Source: Zygnema circumcarinatum SAG 698-1b
Taxonomy: Eukaryota > Plantae > Zygnematophyceae
Direction of reading: 5' to 3'
Length of the DNA: 64,000 bases
Assembly: GCA_037447605.1 (NCBI GenBank)
Contig: CM074805.1
Location: forward strand, 4,869,361 to 4,933,360
Part shown: positions 63,193-64,000 of the stretch, in pieces
Numbering within the stretch: the stretch's first letter is position 1
How the letters are laid out: every line of letters starts with the position of its first letter
Notes under the pieces: generated by a model
Told to the model about the DNA's origin: nothing
What the model saw: the letters and a program-made list of their open reading frames with translations, nothing else
The model's database searches: none
Program-made: the position numbers and the translations under genes

Positions 63193-63969
63193 GGGATTTT
63201 CTCCTTTCTTTCTCACTGTCTCTACCTTTCCCTCTACTTGCCTCACAGTAAAGACGATGACAGTCTGGTTTTGGCTTTTCTCCCGGGTTCCTTTATTGCA
63301 ATTCCAGCTATAAAACTTCTCGCATTCTGCTCCTTCTACTGCGTTTTCGTGCTCCTTCCGATCTGTCTAAGTGACGACTACTACGCTACTCTCAGCGCGA
63401 CCTCCGACATCTCCTACACCGATTTCAGCATTCTCTCCATGGGGAACATCACGGTCAGTCTCTTTTCCACTCTTCCATTGTCATGCTTCCCCACATCTCT
63501 CTCTCTCTCTCTCTCGCTATCTCGCCCTTCATTTTCTCTCACTTTCCCACTCTCTCTCTCTCTCCCTTCCTGTGTGTCCCCCCTCCCCGTCATCTCCTAA
63601 TGTGCCATTAGTGAAACCCTCACCCTCTCCCCCCTTTCGCCGGTCTAGTTAGCCTGTCCAAAACAAGCAGTTCCCTTTGTTTTCAATGTTCAGCCCGGCA
63701 GCAATAAAATCTGGGCGTTCGCAATTGGCGTGTATTGGATATCTCTCGGAACACTCTATTTTCTCTTTACATCATTCGTGAGCATCACAGACATGCGTGC
63801 CAAGTATCTGTATACTGAAAAGCCAAGACCGGAGCAATACGGAATACTCGTGCAATACATTCCCCGTGCACCAAAGGGCGTTCACATGGCGAAGTTTGTC
63901 GATGATTTTTTCAGAAAGTTTCATCCCGAGCATTTCCAGAGATCTCTACTCATTTCAGACATATCCGAA
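62867..63969 (+). CDS. ERD4: ERD4/OSCA3 (CSC1/TMEM63 family) calcium-permeable channel, 5' part only; exons 62867-63125, 63308-63453, 63694-63969; continues beyond the window
   Basis: SLFLSLGTSFLLF...LF..L...P.N..IYFP, SEDDVV..SG.DAA.YL, VLLPI, F..LSMGNI, IWAF..GVYW, RPEQY.ILV..IP, VD.FF...HP. Confidence 0.88.
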
Positions 63970-64000
63970 GTGAGCGTTCGGCCCTTTCTTTTTTCTTTTA

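Overview
This is eukaryotic, intron-rich nuclear DNA with GT-AG introns, CT/GA microsatellite-rich introns and four 10-N scaffold gaps. Gene content (a plant-type CesA-superfamily gene, SPO11-2, an ERD4/OSCA gene, an SRA/YDG protein) points to a streptophyte, most plausibly a charophyte-grade alga; the taxon is an inference. I assembled 12 protein-coding genes by hand from splice signals. Six of the first seven genes (to ~42 kb) are cell-wall/arabinogalactan related: two tandem secreted fasciclin (FAS1) genes, the second a FAS1-extensin-PAN/Apple chimera; two tandem GH30_5 endo-beta-1,6-galactanase-like genes; an intronless type II membrane GT-B-like glycosyltransferase; and a ~30-exon cellulose synthase mixing CesA and CslD signatures. 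An SRA-only gene and several non-autonomous inverted-repeat elements are interleaved. The rest is housekeeping: mitochondrial-type bL34, a conserved coiled-coil protein, SPO11-2, TFIIH p44, a cyclophilin-like protein and a partial ERD4/OSCA gene. Most long ORFs in the supplied track are translations of microsatellites. No rRNA, tRNA, CRISPR array or transposase was recognised. All family assignments come from motif recall, not database searches.
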